This document shows positions 11,494 to 23,943 of a stretch of DNA of 64,000 nucleotides, piece by piece. The notes beneath the pieces were generated by a model. It was not told the DNA's origin. It searched no databases and saw nothing but the letters and a program-made list of their open reading frames with translations. Positions within the stretch are counted from its first letter, which is position 1. Each line of letters starts with the position of its first letter. Source of the stretch: Moniliella sp. 'wahieum' (Eukaryota); NCBI GenBank assembly GCA_003971905.1, contig RSEE01000055.1:62001-126000 (forward strand), written 5' to 3'. The translations under genes and the position numbers were made by a program.

Positions 11494-13823
11494 ATGGTGC
11501 TTTTCGCTCAAGCCACGCCTCCCGTCTCGCCCGGGACTTCGCCCTCTCCAGACACGAAGGGCGAAGTCAAGGCTGCTCCCGCCCCCAAAGCCTCCATTCG
11601 CACGCCTTCGACCTCTCACAGGGCCAACACCGCCAGTCAACGCAAGCGCTCGTCCGTCGGTGCCGCGCCAGCTTCCGCTTCTACCACAGTCATGTGCCGT
11701 CTTCGCCTTGCGAACAGAAGGAAGAGGGCAATACGGCTTCCATGGCTTGCACGTTTGCCGTCAACGGTACGTCGTTCTCTCCCTTTTTGCTTCTCTCTCT
11801 CATCCTAACCCACGTGCTTGATTCTTCCATCCCGTCGGCCCACCAGCAAAATCAAATGCAACAACGCCAAGCCCGAATGCAGTGCGTGCGTCAGCTATGG
11901 CCGCAAAGTGTCTACCAGGCCGTCACGGCCGAGGCCAACGCAGCACTTCGCTTGGCCAAGCGCACTCGCCGCGCACGCCTCGCTGCCCCCTCATCCTTTC
12001 GGCGCCCTCACTGCAGTCCTGTCTGCAGAATCAGAAGAAGGTGGCCAATGTGACGGCGCACGTGCACCAACAGGCCAGTGTATCGCTCACCCAGATGGCC
12101 GAATCGATTGCTGGTCTGCAGCTCTACTCTTCTGAGCCGGGCCAATCGCCGGTCCACCTGCACACCGTCCGTTCACCGGAAGACGGCGTGGTGACACGTG
12201 CCTCTACACCCGTCAACTTGGACGAGCTCTTGGCTGTCGATTCCCACGTCCATCCCGCAGGCCGTGGGGAGTTCACCTCCCTGCATCCGCTCTACGCCCT
12301 CCCGGGTGAAGGAGCTGCTACGGGACCATTGGCGCCGCCGACAAACCAACGTCCTGTCCTGTCCCCGTCCCCGTTCCTAGTGTTCCTTGGCCGCTGGACC
12401 CGGTGGGATGGCGATGGAGGGGAAAGTGGTTCCGCCCAATGACCTGCTCAGCCTGACGGGGTACCTTCCTTCTGCGCCTATCTGGCCTGGCCCCTTGTCC
12501 AACGGTACCCCATTTCTGTCTCCGCTCGACTCGGGTTCACCTGATAGCATCAGCTCTGCCATCTCCTCCGTTGTGCCCTCAGGCCGGAGACACCGCACGC
12601 GATGCCGTTTGCATCATTGCCACCATCAGGTGAATCGCCACTGACGACAATGTTTACTCGCCCACATCGACACTCTGTGGAACGTACTGGCCCTCTTCCT
12701 CTCCCTCCGAAGGGTGGTGGGGCGCGGTAGGCACCGCCAGTGGGCCACCATGCCCGTCGCAGCCCCTGGCTTCTTCCCTTGCTGCCGGCCCCGCATCCAT
12801 GTTCTGCAACCCAACAATGTGTGGCGCCACGAGCGGACATGGGTGGCGGGCAACGTGGGTATGGGGCCGCTGCCCGCGCTGCTACATCGTCGAACGTTGG
12901 TGCCCACGTGTCCTCGCGGCAGGGTACACAAGCGCCAGTGCCGCAGCTCGGTCCGTGTGTCGAGCTGGTCTGTCGCTGATGCCCGAGCCAAAGGAGATGC
13001 CGAGTGCGCCGGTGCAGCGCAATTGGGGATGGCAAGCTCTGCTCAGTCCAGGGCTACCAACAATGCCCTTGCCAGCCCAGCTGCAGTGTCCGATCCGTCG
13101 CCTGGGTAGCTCGAGGGAGAGGATGGATTGGTCCTTGACTCCACCGCTCTCACCTTCCCTCTCACCCTGGCCAGCCGAGGCAGGACAATTCGATGCGCCC
13201 AACTGCACGCGGCGGGAACAGCGGCGACCCGTGATTGTCAATCCTCGCCTGGTCCATGTGATCGAAGCGATTGAAAACAGAGCCGGCACAAGTGAGTGCG
13301 CTGGCGCGACGGCGCCAAGCCACGCCCAAGCCCAACAACCTCCGCTACAGCAACTCCAGCCCACGGCAATGTCCGGGCTGGACTCCTGGTCACAGGTCCT
13401 GGGGACCAAAGAGTCGATGGAGAAGGAGGGCGCGACGTGCTTCTCCCCTGTGCAGGACAGTGAGAGGCTTCTGGATCAGCAACGGCGGAGGCGATGCCGG
13501 ATTGGAATGGGACGAGTTGCTCTCCAGTTCGAAAGCGTCGCAGTGGAGCACACCATGCTTGGATGAACGTGTACTGGCCGGAGGCGTGTCCCCCTTTGCC
13601 AGCACACCTACCCGATCAGTTGCTCACCCCCACCTCACCCGAACGACGTTGGCTTTGGCGGGCGTTGGGTGTGCCGCGCCCCCACCCCTGCTAGGGATGA
13701 TGGATGGAACATCTTGTTTCCCTGCCTAACGAGGAGCTGCTAGTTTCCGAGTTTATGGTGGACGACGCGTTTGGTCTATCGACGGAGACCAAGCCATGCC
13801 GACGGTCGTCTGAGCCATCGTAA
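11494..13823 (+). CDS. Zn(II)2Cys6 binuclear-cluster transcription factor (intron-containing, frameshifted)
   Basis: Joining across intron 11767-11846 (GTACGT...CTAAC...CAG) and allowing two small frameshift corrections gives 'MACTF[C]RQR|KIKCNNAKPECSACVSYGRK[C]VY', the six-Cys GAL4-type motif. ATG at 11494 (MVLFAQATPP). A long Ser/Pro-rich tail follows, with probable stop TAA at 13821-13823. Confidence 0.8.
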
Positions 13824-15932
13824 CCCACTCATTTGTCGGCGAAGGTGGGTCGGGTCTGGTTGACCCAAGCGTCGTCGATGGAGGCCTTGCTCAAGCCCAT
13901 TCTAGGCCCGCACAACCGTCATCTTGCCATCGGAACATTCCTTGTGCCTCTGCTCTCGTTGCACTTTACTCTGATCATTTCTCCGTCGCTGTTTATCTAT
14001 GTTGCCTCCTATAACTTTATGCTCCTTTCGCATTTCAGCAAACCTGTGCAACGTTTCTTTGCCTCCTTACTCTCATTCTTCTGCCTCATCGTCGTTCTCA
14101 CCCCGGTTTTGAGCACAGGAAAATGGGGGGTATTCGAAACACGCGCCTGTCTCCTGATGGGTCCCCACCTTTGCCCTTGCTGCTTTGTTACTCCGTCTCC
14201 CTAGATCTGGAAACCCAAGTTACTGTCCATGCTCACACACACATGGCCCACGTTGCGCCTCTCCCTTTGTACTCTGGAAGAACCGATCTGTCCTGCAACC
14301 CGCCAGGCGTGACGGCACGGGCGACTTGGGCTACAACTCCCAGTTTATTTGGGGTCGAACGCTCATCCCCTCCGGTTCGCATCGTTACTACTATGTATTC
14401 CCTTGCCTGCTCTCGCGTTCACGACCAGTGTGCTGTCTTATAGGTTCTTATGCATTGCCGCTATCTGTGTTAATTAATTCTCTTATTGTTCCAGCAATGA
14501 TTAATGAGCACTCGAGTAGGAATCGAGCATAGAACAGCACCGCGTGCATCTCCTTTCTCTCGATCGGCCGTTGGGAGGTTCCATTGTTGATCCACCCTCA
14601 GGAGACTCGCGAAAAGTGTGCTCTCTCCGGGCGCTCGCCAGCTGTTGTTCTTTAGCGACACCTATAGTTTACTTGTGAGATACAGAGGAAGAAAATGTGC
14701 AGGTACATATACTTGTGCGCGGCCCCAAGTGTCATTGCCCCCTGCCTCTTTGATCTTCCAGTAACCCTCCGTAGTAGTTGCACCCCCGACCATTGGCCTC
14801 CGGGATCCTAGGTTTCAGAACGAGGGAACTTTCACACGCACCAAAACTGGCACTGATAGTCCTGATGCAATGACAGGATATGATGAAATTGTTGCCGGCA
14901 TAGAGCCCCGCCGTGAAATGCCCGGCGGGAAGCTAAGAAAGCTAACACAGGGTCAATACAGAGCGTAATGCTGGCGACACGGAGATCGAGGAGGGTCAAC
15001 AAAATGAGGGGCGCCTCGAAAACATGAAAAACGTCGAGCGGGAGTGGCACTTTTTGGAACAACACGCTACTAAATGACTGGTGAGGCTGGGCCAGATCGA
15101 CCGTACTGACGTTTTTCGCGTGCATCATATGGACAACTGCGGGGTGAGATCGGTGAGGTATGAGAGATCCTCGTCATGCATTATGCACAAGAGTTTGTTC
15201 GGGTGACCGGTGACCGGGGAGCACCTCCTGCACCTTTGAGCCGTGTCCTGGCCAAGCCCGTTCCGGCGAAACGTGAGTGATCCAACTGGAGACGTGTTCC
15301 ATATATTAGGTTACCGGTTACCCCCCTACGGCCGTGTTGATCGGTGATCGTGTTTCCCTCGGCCTCAGTCCTAGTAATACTAGTTAATAGGCAATTGAAC
15401 CGAAGACATGGATCGATGACATGGATGACACCTATTACCCGTATACTTCTATCATCTTTAGTCACTAGTCCCTTCCGACTCTATACAGAGACAATTATCG
15501 ATTATCGATCCAATATAGTACACACTAATAGGACCCAACTTTTCTTAGACCGGATGAGATCTGAGATCCGGTGAGAAAACAGACGTCTTTCCCTTTTTAG
15601 AGCTTGGTGGTGAGTACGGTGAGCGTTGGTTATCCTCTCCCACACAGGAGATGGAAGCGACAGAAACAATGCTACACAGTCGCTGCGGATCGATGAGTGC
15701 CACGGATGAGTTGATGGCTTTCCGCAGGGTTTTGTTGCGAGGCATCATTAGTCATGATCGGAGGTGTTGAGGGACTGGAGACCCACGACTGAATACTGAG
15801 TACTGAGTATTGATGAGAGTCGGATGTCGATCGAGATGAGAAGGACTCGAAAATGTGATACCTGCCAGGATGTAGCGAGGACAGTACTGTAATGAAAGAG
15901 TTTTCCCATCACAGTAATGAAACAGTACATCT

Positions 15933-16146
15933 TGTTGGGACCCGTGGTCCCGTACTTAGGCCAAGGTGCCTCATCACCCTTCACCCCTGATTTGTCCTCC
16001 CAAGCCTCCACGTGTATACTCAGGCTTGTTTGAACCCTGTCTCTAGGTGTGGCACAAGGCTTAGACCTGAACCACCACCATCGCGATGCATTGCTCTACA
16101 TCTCCAGAGATTCTTCACCCAATCCTTGGGTTCCTCCGGTCTTACA
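15933..16146 (+). repeat. 5' LTR (214 bp)
   Basis: Differs from the 3' LTR by one substitution and three single-base indels in homopolymer runs. Confidence 0.97.
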
Positions 16147-16160
16147 GAGTTACAATCCTC
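16147..16160 (+). promoter_or_regulatory. Candidate primer-binding site complementary to a tRNA anticodon arm (GUA, Tyr)
   Basis: GAGTTACAATCCTC directly abuts the LTR. Its reverse complement GAGGA-TTGTAAC-TC has the layout 5-nt stem, 7-nt loop with GTA at positions 3-5, and 2 nt of the 3' stem. Confidence 0.5.
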
Positions 16161-16333
16161 TTGACGCTCATCCCTGAGCCTTCCATTCACCCACTCTTCC
16201 ACCCAACACCTACCTCCCCCTGGCAGGCTCTCAGGCTCAGGAGTCTTGGTTCAACTCCTCAACCCATACTTCGCCAACTGCCGCCGCAGAAGAGAGCAAC
16301 ACTCCCGTCGGAGTTGACCACGTCTCCCCGCCG

Positions 16334-19300
16334 ATGACGCCATCACGTGAGTCTACTCCTACACCTCAGCCACCCCCGTGGGCCCCGACAACACCGCGAA
16401 CGAGGTCGCCACCCTCGCCGACCGCATTCGCGACATGTTCAAATTGTTTCCCGAACACGTCACCGTCAAACAGCTACAAGATACTGGTAGCAACCTTGGG
16501 TACAGCGACGAGACGACCACAGAAGCCATTGTCATGTTATCATGTGAGAATCCACCCAAGACTAGTAAGAACGAAGGTGCCATATCGTCAACTCCGGCCA
16601 TCGACGACAACCCGTGGGCCTTGACTCCCGACAAGCTCCTCCGCAGTGCCACTCGCACCAACGTGCCGCACCACGAGCGTTTCCACAACAACAGCTCGTT
16701 TTGGTTGGGACCCGGATCTTCCTCCCTCGTATCCAGATTATCCCTGGAGCGCGTGAGCATCTGGAACAGGGCAAGGCCCTGGACGGGTATAACGCAGAAC
16801 TGGACGCTCACTTAGCCAACATTCTACTCCCGTGGATAGACTCCGACGTCGTCCAGCAGATCACCGGCGATGGCACGCCGGCTCTAGGGTCTGCATACTA
16901 TCATGCTCTGCGTGATTTGTACGGCACCGTTTCAGACACTGAGGTCTGTAATATCCTCATAAAGATTCTCACCCTCAAAATGGGCACCAAGTCGGGCCGC
17001 CAATACCTGAATGAGTTCACTGTGGCGGTAACCCAGTACGAGATGACGTCCAAGTCCAAGCTGGACGAGATTGGTCTAGCAAAGATGCTACGGAACGGCG
17101 TCACTGATCAGGGGTGGTTGCACCTCCATCGTAACAGCAGCTACGCCGAATTGCGCCGAGCAGTGAGCGAACTCGAAGGCTCCAACTACGGTAGTACCTC
17201 CAGTTCAAGCCCATATCCCTCCAGTACGACCCCTTCGGAAGCCACGTCGCACAGCCAAACAAACAGTACGGCTACAGGCAGCGGACAGGGCCGAGGTGGC
17301 AGCGGATACAGAGGAAGTCACCGTGGTGGCCAACGTGGCGGCCATGTTAGCCGGCCGGCCACGACAGCCCAGACCACCTCATGTGCCCATGCAGTAACCC
17401 ACCCTATGGCGCTCACTACACCACCCGAGTCAGCTACATCGACTGAAACGGAGTCTGTCGTGTCCACAACCCCTCCTCCCCCTACTCGGACAGCGCGGGA
17501 GGCCTTCCTCCAGCCAACCTCCCTGCGCAACACGATTCAGGTGCGAGACCATCCGTATTCAATGAACGAAGTGCGTTTATCAATCTTCGTCCCCACCGCG
17601 AGCCCATAGCAGTGGCAAACGGACAGATCGCATACACTGAAGGCATTGGCACCATCTCTATGTACATTCAAACCAGAACGGAGCCCCATCGCACCCCACC
17701 TACCCGACAGCTTGTACTGCCCACCTTCCCGACCAACCTGCTCAGCGCTTATCATCTATCTGTCGCAGGCATTGGCAGCTGGATCCCTCCAGGTGGCCAT
17801 GGTCTCTATCTCGGACGACACGGCGAACCTTTTCGTCTCGCCGCCGACTCAAGCTATTCCCTTACTCTGGCGCCCAATACGGCAGCCACAGCCAACAGCG
17901 CCACTTCGCTACTCAACCTTGATGCAACCCTGGTCAAGGTGATGAAAAACGCCCACATCCGATGGAATCATGCACCCCTAGATCAACTTTCATCCCTCAC
18001 GTCGGACGACCCAGCATTCGAACGGGTCAACAGTGGCGACATCGCTTTAATCCGGTCCTCGTGGCACTGTGCACCATGCGCATTAAGCAGAGCCACTGCC
18101 CCACCCCACGCCGCGACTGGACGCCCAATCCGATCCATTCGCCTTTCTCTCTCCTCCACCTCGACGTCCTTGAATATCCCGCCAAGGCGGCGGGGTCATA
18201 CTTACGCCCTTATCATCGTCGACGACTTTAGCGGTATACCTGGGACGCTACCCTGGTGTCCAAGGGTGATGCCACAGCCGAACTTCAAGCCTTCATCCGG
18301 CGCGAGCATCGCCAACATCCCGACCGCCCCCTTCAGGCGGTCCGCTCTGACAATCGCCTGAACTCACCACCGCAATGGACGAGTTTTACTGCGAACTGGG
18401 AGTAGTGAGCGAGCGCACCAATCCTGGTGAAAGTGGTCCAATGGGGTCGCCGAACGCGCCCATAAGATCGATTACGGATCGCGCTCGACTCATGGTAGTC
18501 GCAAACCGATTGATTCCCGACGAGTGGTGGGAACACAGCTTATTGGCAGCCACGTATGCACACAACCAGTCGCCGCCGAAGGCACTGGGTGGAGACAGCC
18601 GATTTGTCCGGTACCATGGCTTCAAACCATCCCTTCGCATGCGCGGTTTTGGCACTCTTGCTTACCTGCACCTACTGCCCAACCAACGCGAGGGCGGCAA
18701 ACTTGGTCCGCGGGCGGTCCCAGCTATGTTGGTGGGTTACGGGCACGGCCGCGGGTCGAAGGGGTGGCTCTTTGCCATCCACCAGGATGACGGCCAAGTT
18801 GGATTCCGTTGGAAAAAGCCGTCCACCTGGACACATGTCCCGTACACCACCGAGTATCCCACGCACTTCCATCTGGACCCCCTTGTTCCTTCTGGTGGCG
18901 GAGATGTGCGGGGGGGCGGAGAGATGGGTGCTGGTGGGAAGTCAGACAGCTCCCCACCCCGGCGTGTGCGTTTTGCGATAGATGAACTGACCCGATACTG
19001 ATGGTAAGAAAGAAAATGCCCCCAATGGGAAAAGAAAATTAAAAGAACGAAAAACAGAGGCACATCGCCCGGCTCAAGCCAAGAAAATGAGAATTCAGAG
19101 CCTGGCCCCACTCCCACCAACTCCAACCCCCCGCATGTACCCCCCCCCTGTTGCATCTGACCCCGCAGGCATGGCACAACGCCAGGCACAGCAAGCCGAA
19201 GAAAATGAAACTATCACACAAGATGCCGCTGACACTGGCCACCAAGTCCTGCCTCCCCCTCTCTCCGCTCCACCGTCCCCTCCCTCCCCCTCTCCATCCC

Positions 19301-21257
19301 CTCCTCCCCCATCCGACACGCTCGCCCCCGTGACCGTGCCCCTGAACGATACGGCAGTCCCCGCACTCGTGCGTCGCAACCCCGTTCGCCAAGCGCGTAT
19401 CAACGCCCCACCCCTCGACCTGTCCATTCCCGCCAACGACAATCTACGCGATGGCACTTTTTCCCTACTCGTCAACAAGGCCCCTAGCATCTTTGGCAAT
19501 CCGGCCGCTCTTTCCGCCCTAGGAATGCAGGCTTTGGTGAGTATTTTCGGACCCGCGCCGGACACCTCCATGCTGCCCGCTTCGGAGCCAAGTTCACCCT
19601 CCATCGCACTCGCAATCGAATCCGCAGCAAGTGACACCGAGGTCATACTGACCACCGATGGGGTCCCGGTGGCCCCCAAGAACATCAAGAAGTTGGTGGG
19701 CCACCCTGCTTTTGATGGCGTACTTGAGGCAATGCGCCTCGAGCTTCGGCGCTTTGACGAGCGTGACGTAAAGGAAGTTGTGCCCATCCCCCGGGGATCA
19801 AACCCCTTCCCGGCATGTGGGTCCTAGGTACTAAGACGGATGCGGATGCTAACTTCCTCAAGTACCGTGCCCGTTACGTTGTGGGAGGGCACCGACAAGT
19901 TCCTGGCACATGGGCGAAATCTTTTGCTCCTGCCGTTCGTACTGCTGCCGTCAACACGCTAATTGCGTTGGCCGAAGCTGATGGCCTCCACTTATTCTCT
20001 GCCGATGTGGAAGCTGCCTACCTCTATGCCGATATCAACGAGCTCGTCTATGTTCGACCACCCCCCTTCTTCCCAGAAGCGCCCGGTCACTGCTGGAGAC
20101 TCAAGAAAAGTCTCTATGGCCTGCACCAGAGCGGTGCCAACTTTGGAGATTGGCTCCGCACTTTCCTTTGCGACCGACTCCACTTCACTAGCCTAAAATC
20201 AGAGCCTTGCCTGTTCATACGTCGCACCGAACCTCTTGGCCTGATCTTAATTGCCGTCCACACTGACGACTTTTTGGTCGCGTGTCGGTCCCAAGAAGCG
20301 TATGATGAATTCTTGGTGGAGTTAAGGCGCAGCATCCAACTTAAATCCAACGGCCCTCTACGTTTCCATCTCGGCTGCCAATACGACCGTATCGATGGAC
20401 GACTGTACATCAGCCAACCCAAATTCATCGCTGAGACGCTTGCCGCGCATGACATATCACCTCACCGGCCCCGCTACCTTCCAATCGGCCACCAACTTCC
20501 GCCTCCCAAGCGACCCGAGCACGAAAAGCGTGCCACTCGAGACGAGCACCGTGCCTACCGTTCTATTGTCGGATCCAGCTTGTGGGCGGCTCGTATGTCC
20601 CGGCCTGATGCCCTCTTCGCGGCTACCTTTCTAGCGCGGTTTATGGACGATCCGTCCGCCGCCCACCGACGCGCAGCGGAGGACCTATTACGTTTCTTCG
20701 CCGGTACGTCTGACTACTCTTTGTGCCTCACACCCAACAGATCTCGCCCTCTACTCGAGCTGCACACCGATGCCTCCTTTGCATCAGACAAGAGCAACTC
20801 CCACTCCGTTTCGGGCCATGTTGTTTTTGTTTTCGGTGTGCCTGTATCCTGGGGCTCCAAGTCCCAGAATCAAGGTGTGGGCAACACAGCAGCATCTGAA
20901 TACCTAGCCATGGGAGATGGCCTTCGAGATGCTCTATTCATTCGCAACATACTGTTTGAACTTGGTGTCTGCAAGGCTAATCACCCGATTGAGCTCTTTG
21001 TTGACAACACCGCTGCCAAAGCGTTGGCCGAAAAGCTCGGCAGCCTAGGCAAAATACGGGAGATTGACGTCTCGTACCACGAGGTGCGGGAACGCATCCA
21101 CCGAGGCGAAATTAAAGTCCACTACACTCCAGGTGCACACCATCTCCCTGACTGGTTCACCAAACCTCTTTCTCTTCCCAAGATCATTTCTGCGCGTAAC
21201 AATTTCGATTTGGCTTCTCTTTTTCGCGCTGATCCCCTTTCTACTTTTCTTTGTTGA
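16334..21257 (+). CDS. Copia gag-pol polyprotein (several frameshifts, probably sequencing errors)
   Basis: Protease 'HDSGA...ANGQIAYTEGIGTI'; integrase HHCC 'HIRWNH...CAPC'; integrase core 'HLD...ALIIVDDFS...RSDN...NGVAERA'; RT 'KYRARYVVGGHRQ...DVEAAYL...LKKSLYGLHQSG...VHTDDF'; RNase H 'HTDASFA...ASEYLA...VDNTAA'. Confidence 0.93.
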
Positions 21258-21288
21258 TGGCCAACGGGTTCTTTCGTTCCCTTGGCCC

Positions 21289-21295
21289 GGGGGGG
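21289..21295 (+). promoter_or_regulatory. Polypurine tract of the retrotransposon
   Basis: G7 run immediately upstream of the 3' LTR TG. Confidence 0.75.
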
Positions 21296-21512
21296 TGTTG
21301 GGACCCGTGGTCCCGTACTTAGGCCAAGGTGCCTCATCACCCTTCACCCCTGATTTGTCCTCCCAAGCCTCCACGTGTATACTCAGGCTTGTTTGAACCC
21401 CTGTCTCTAGGTGTGGCACAAGGCTTAGACCTGAACCACCACCATCGCGATTGCATTGCTCTACATCTCCAGAGGTTCTTCACCCAATCCCTTGGGTTCC
21501 TCCGGTCTTACA
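21296..21512 (+). repeat. 3' LTR (217 bp)
   Basis: Direct repeat of 15933-16146, followed by TSD CATCT. Confidence 0.97.
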
Positions 21513-21930
21513 CATCTGGATCGGCCGTAGAGCCCCCCCCCCTAACCCAGCTTCTGATCCCCCTATTGAAAGCGCCCCCCCCCCGGGCCGCATTGGTCCA
21601 TAGCGCAAGCGCTGGCGGAGGCCTCGTTACGCGTTACGCATCATTGACGGACGTGTCAAAGGCCATGGCGCGCCTGATCCGTGATGTCATCATGCTTGAA
21701 ATGCATTTTATGGCCGATCCCTGGTCCACTTGTTGTCTCGTTATCCGCGCGTTGCGGGTTCTTACTCGGCATACTATAGTGGAGCGATCGTTGAGACGCC
21801 TGGTCTCTAGCAAGACCAATAAGCAAGTCTTGTTGGTTCAAGTATCAAGTACAACGAAAGAGATGAGGGGGAATAGGAGAGGGGTTGCCAGGTGGTAAGA
21901 CAAGGAGAGGGCATGCAAGAGCAAACAGAG

Positions 21931-23638
21931 TCAAATGTGGCTTGGGTGTTGGCAGTGTGTTGGCCTGGCCACGTGCATCATACCCCTGCCGCTTGTCACC
22001 AAAGAGGGCGCGCAAGTTCTTTTCGCGTCCGGCTGCCCGACGGCCCGAGGCCATGGCGGCACGGATGCGCGCTTCGGGCGAGTCCGCTTCGACCGCCGAG
22101 CCGTCCGACGCGGTTTTGGGGAAGGAGGAGAGGGCCGGGTACAAGTCCAGTGAGGCGGGTCCCTGCGCGCCCACAATGGAAAGCAATGGACGAGACCATC
22201 GTTGACCGCCTGGATCGACGAAAGACTAGCAGCGTCGGGCTCCAGCACGTACGTTTCCCCCTGCTGTACCAGTTGGATGGCCAGCACATCTTTTCCTGCC
22301 CACTCTGTACGATGGGAGGGGGCCACCCGCGTATCGAGTGATACATATACCGTCTCCCCTACCACAGCGGCATGGAGGATGGCAGACCAAGGTCGAGGGT
22401 GGTGATCTCGTTTCCGCCTCTGGCGAGGGTATCGAGGGAGAGGATGCAAGGCGGAACTGGCCTCGAGACGAAGGAGTACATGGGAGGCTTCTGCTGATCC
22501 AAGGACAGGCAGCAGGACCAGCTGAACGATGGCCAAATGGGGCGTGCCCTGGAGAGTATTGGCTTCGCCAGGGGGCGGAAGCTGTCCATTCCTTGCCAGA
22601 GGCGGTAAGCGCAGTAACCGCCTTGCAGGCGTAGGAAGTACATCCGTGCGAACGTACTTGGCAAGCAAAGCAGAATCTAACTCGACGGTGGCGAGAAATT
22701 CATGGGAAGCTGCTGGGTGTGCAGGGGAAGAAGCGGGGTAGGTGGGTAGGTAGTCGCTCAGGCGAAGCGTTTTCCCCCTCGGCTGAGAGGAGCGCCGACC
22801 TGCGTGTCCCTTTGAACGGGTAGGGGACCACCAGCAGCGCGCCAATGAAGGAAGAACTGCCCAACGTAATGCTCTACTATCCACCCAGATCGCTTGGGCC
22901 CCCAACGCGAGATACGGATATGCTCGTCTCGATCGGCTGTGATGAGGAGTGGGGGGATCGAGCCGGTATATGAGGACGATACAGGTAATGGGGCAAATAC
23001 GGCATCGGTAAGCATCCCCACATGCCAACACGCGGAGAAAGAGGATCAAAGGGTCAAAGAAGCCCATGTCGGCTGTCTCGTCGTCGAAGTTTGAGGGAGG
23101 GGAACCGGAGAGCCATCCTTAGGAAGGGGAGGGACCGAACGTCCCCCATGCCGGTCGCCGACTATGAGGTGAAGCGCCCTCCTGGATGCAGCAGGTTCCC
23201 AGAGAAAGACGGCGGCCCTTTGGGGGAGTTGGACTGAGATGGCTTCCGAGCCATAGGCAAGCAGAGACGTTTCTTCCAATTGGACGAATGCGCGGTCAAC
23301 AGGCAGGTGCCTGACTCGAAGAGTCTTGTCGTCTCCTGCTATCGCAAGCGCGAGCGAGGCATCCGGAGAGAACGATGCGATTCTAGGAAAGGCCAGATGC
23401 GCAGACTGGGACGCGTCTGCTTTCTTGTCCTGCGGCTGGGAAGCTGGTGCAGTGTAGAGGAGTGAACAGGGCAAGTAGCCGACTTGTACCGCTTCTCCCG
23501 AACCACTTGGGAGGGCCCAGAGAGCGACTGACTGAACTAAGTAGCTGTAAGCAGAGCGAGGAACTGGTAGGTGGCTTCGGGCACACCAACGACCTCGCTG
23601 GCCGCAACAAAGTGGACGGGGAGACGGTCGGAGGCCAT
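21931..23638 (-). CDS. TRM82: tRNA (guanine-N7) methyltransferase non-catalytic WD40 subunit
   Basis: Motifs 'SFSPDAS...AGDDKTLRV', 'LIVGDRHG', 'LLITADRDEHIRISRW', 'DLYPALSSFPK' are typical of Trm82/WDR4. Frameshifted; 3' end approximate. Confidence 0.85.
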
Positions 23639-23803
23639 GCCTGATGGAGGGAAGGATGGAAGATGGATGGACAGCGAGACAGATGAAGAAGCAGGGTAAA
23701 GTAGGCCAAGGTGGACCTGGCAGGCCTCGTATAGGCCTCATAGAAATGTGGGGTTCCGCAGTCAGAAATTTGCGATTCCGCTATGGCTCAGTGGGTAGCT
23801 GGT

Positions 23804-23821
23804 TGGAAAAAAAATGTTTCA
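23804..23821 (-). promoter_or_regulatory. RRPE-like element in the divergent TRM82/RRP14 promoter
   Basis: Minus strand reads TGAAACATTTT, one mismatch from the yeast RRPE consensus TGAAAAWTTT. Confidence 0.3.
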
Positions 23822-23943
23822 GCGTTTTATTAGCTTTAGTTTCCTCTTGGCTCGCCCTGCCTAGTAGCTCTTCCTTTCGCTCTGCTCTGCTCTGCTCTGC
23901 TCTTTACCCTCTGCTCGGCGCCTTGTGCTCACCCGCCCCGACT

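Larger units (their letters stand above)
15933..21512 (+). mobile_element. Full-length Ty1/copia LTR retrotransposon, recent insertion
   Basis: Two direct LTRs (TGTTGG...TTACA), perfect 5-bp TSD CATCT (15928-15932 and 21513-21517), G-run polypurine tract before the 3' LTR, and domain order gag-PR-IN-RT-RH. Confidence 0.97.

Noticed and set aside
17370..17545. Programmed gag-pol recoding (in-frame TGA upstream of the protease frame, or a -1 shift)
   Set aside because: The gag frame reads through this stretch, and the shift to the DSGA frame is the same -1 type as the many apparent deletion errors. No slippery site is evident.
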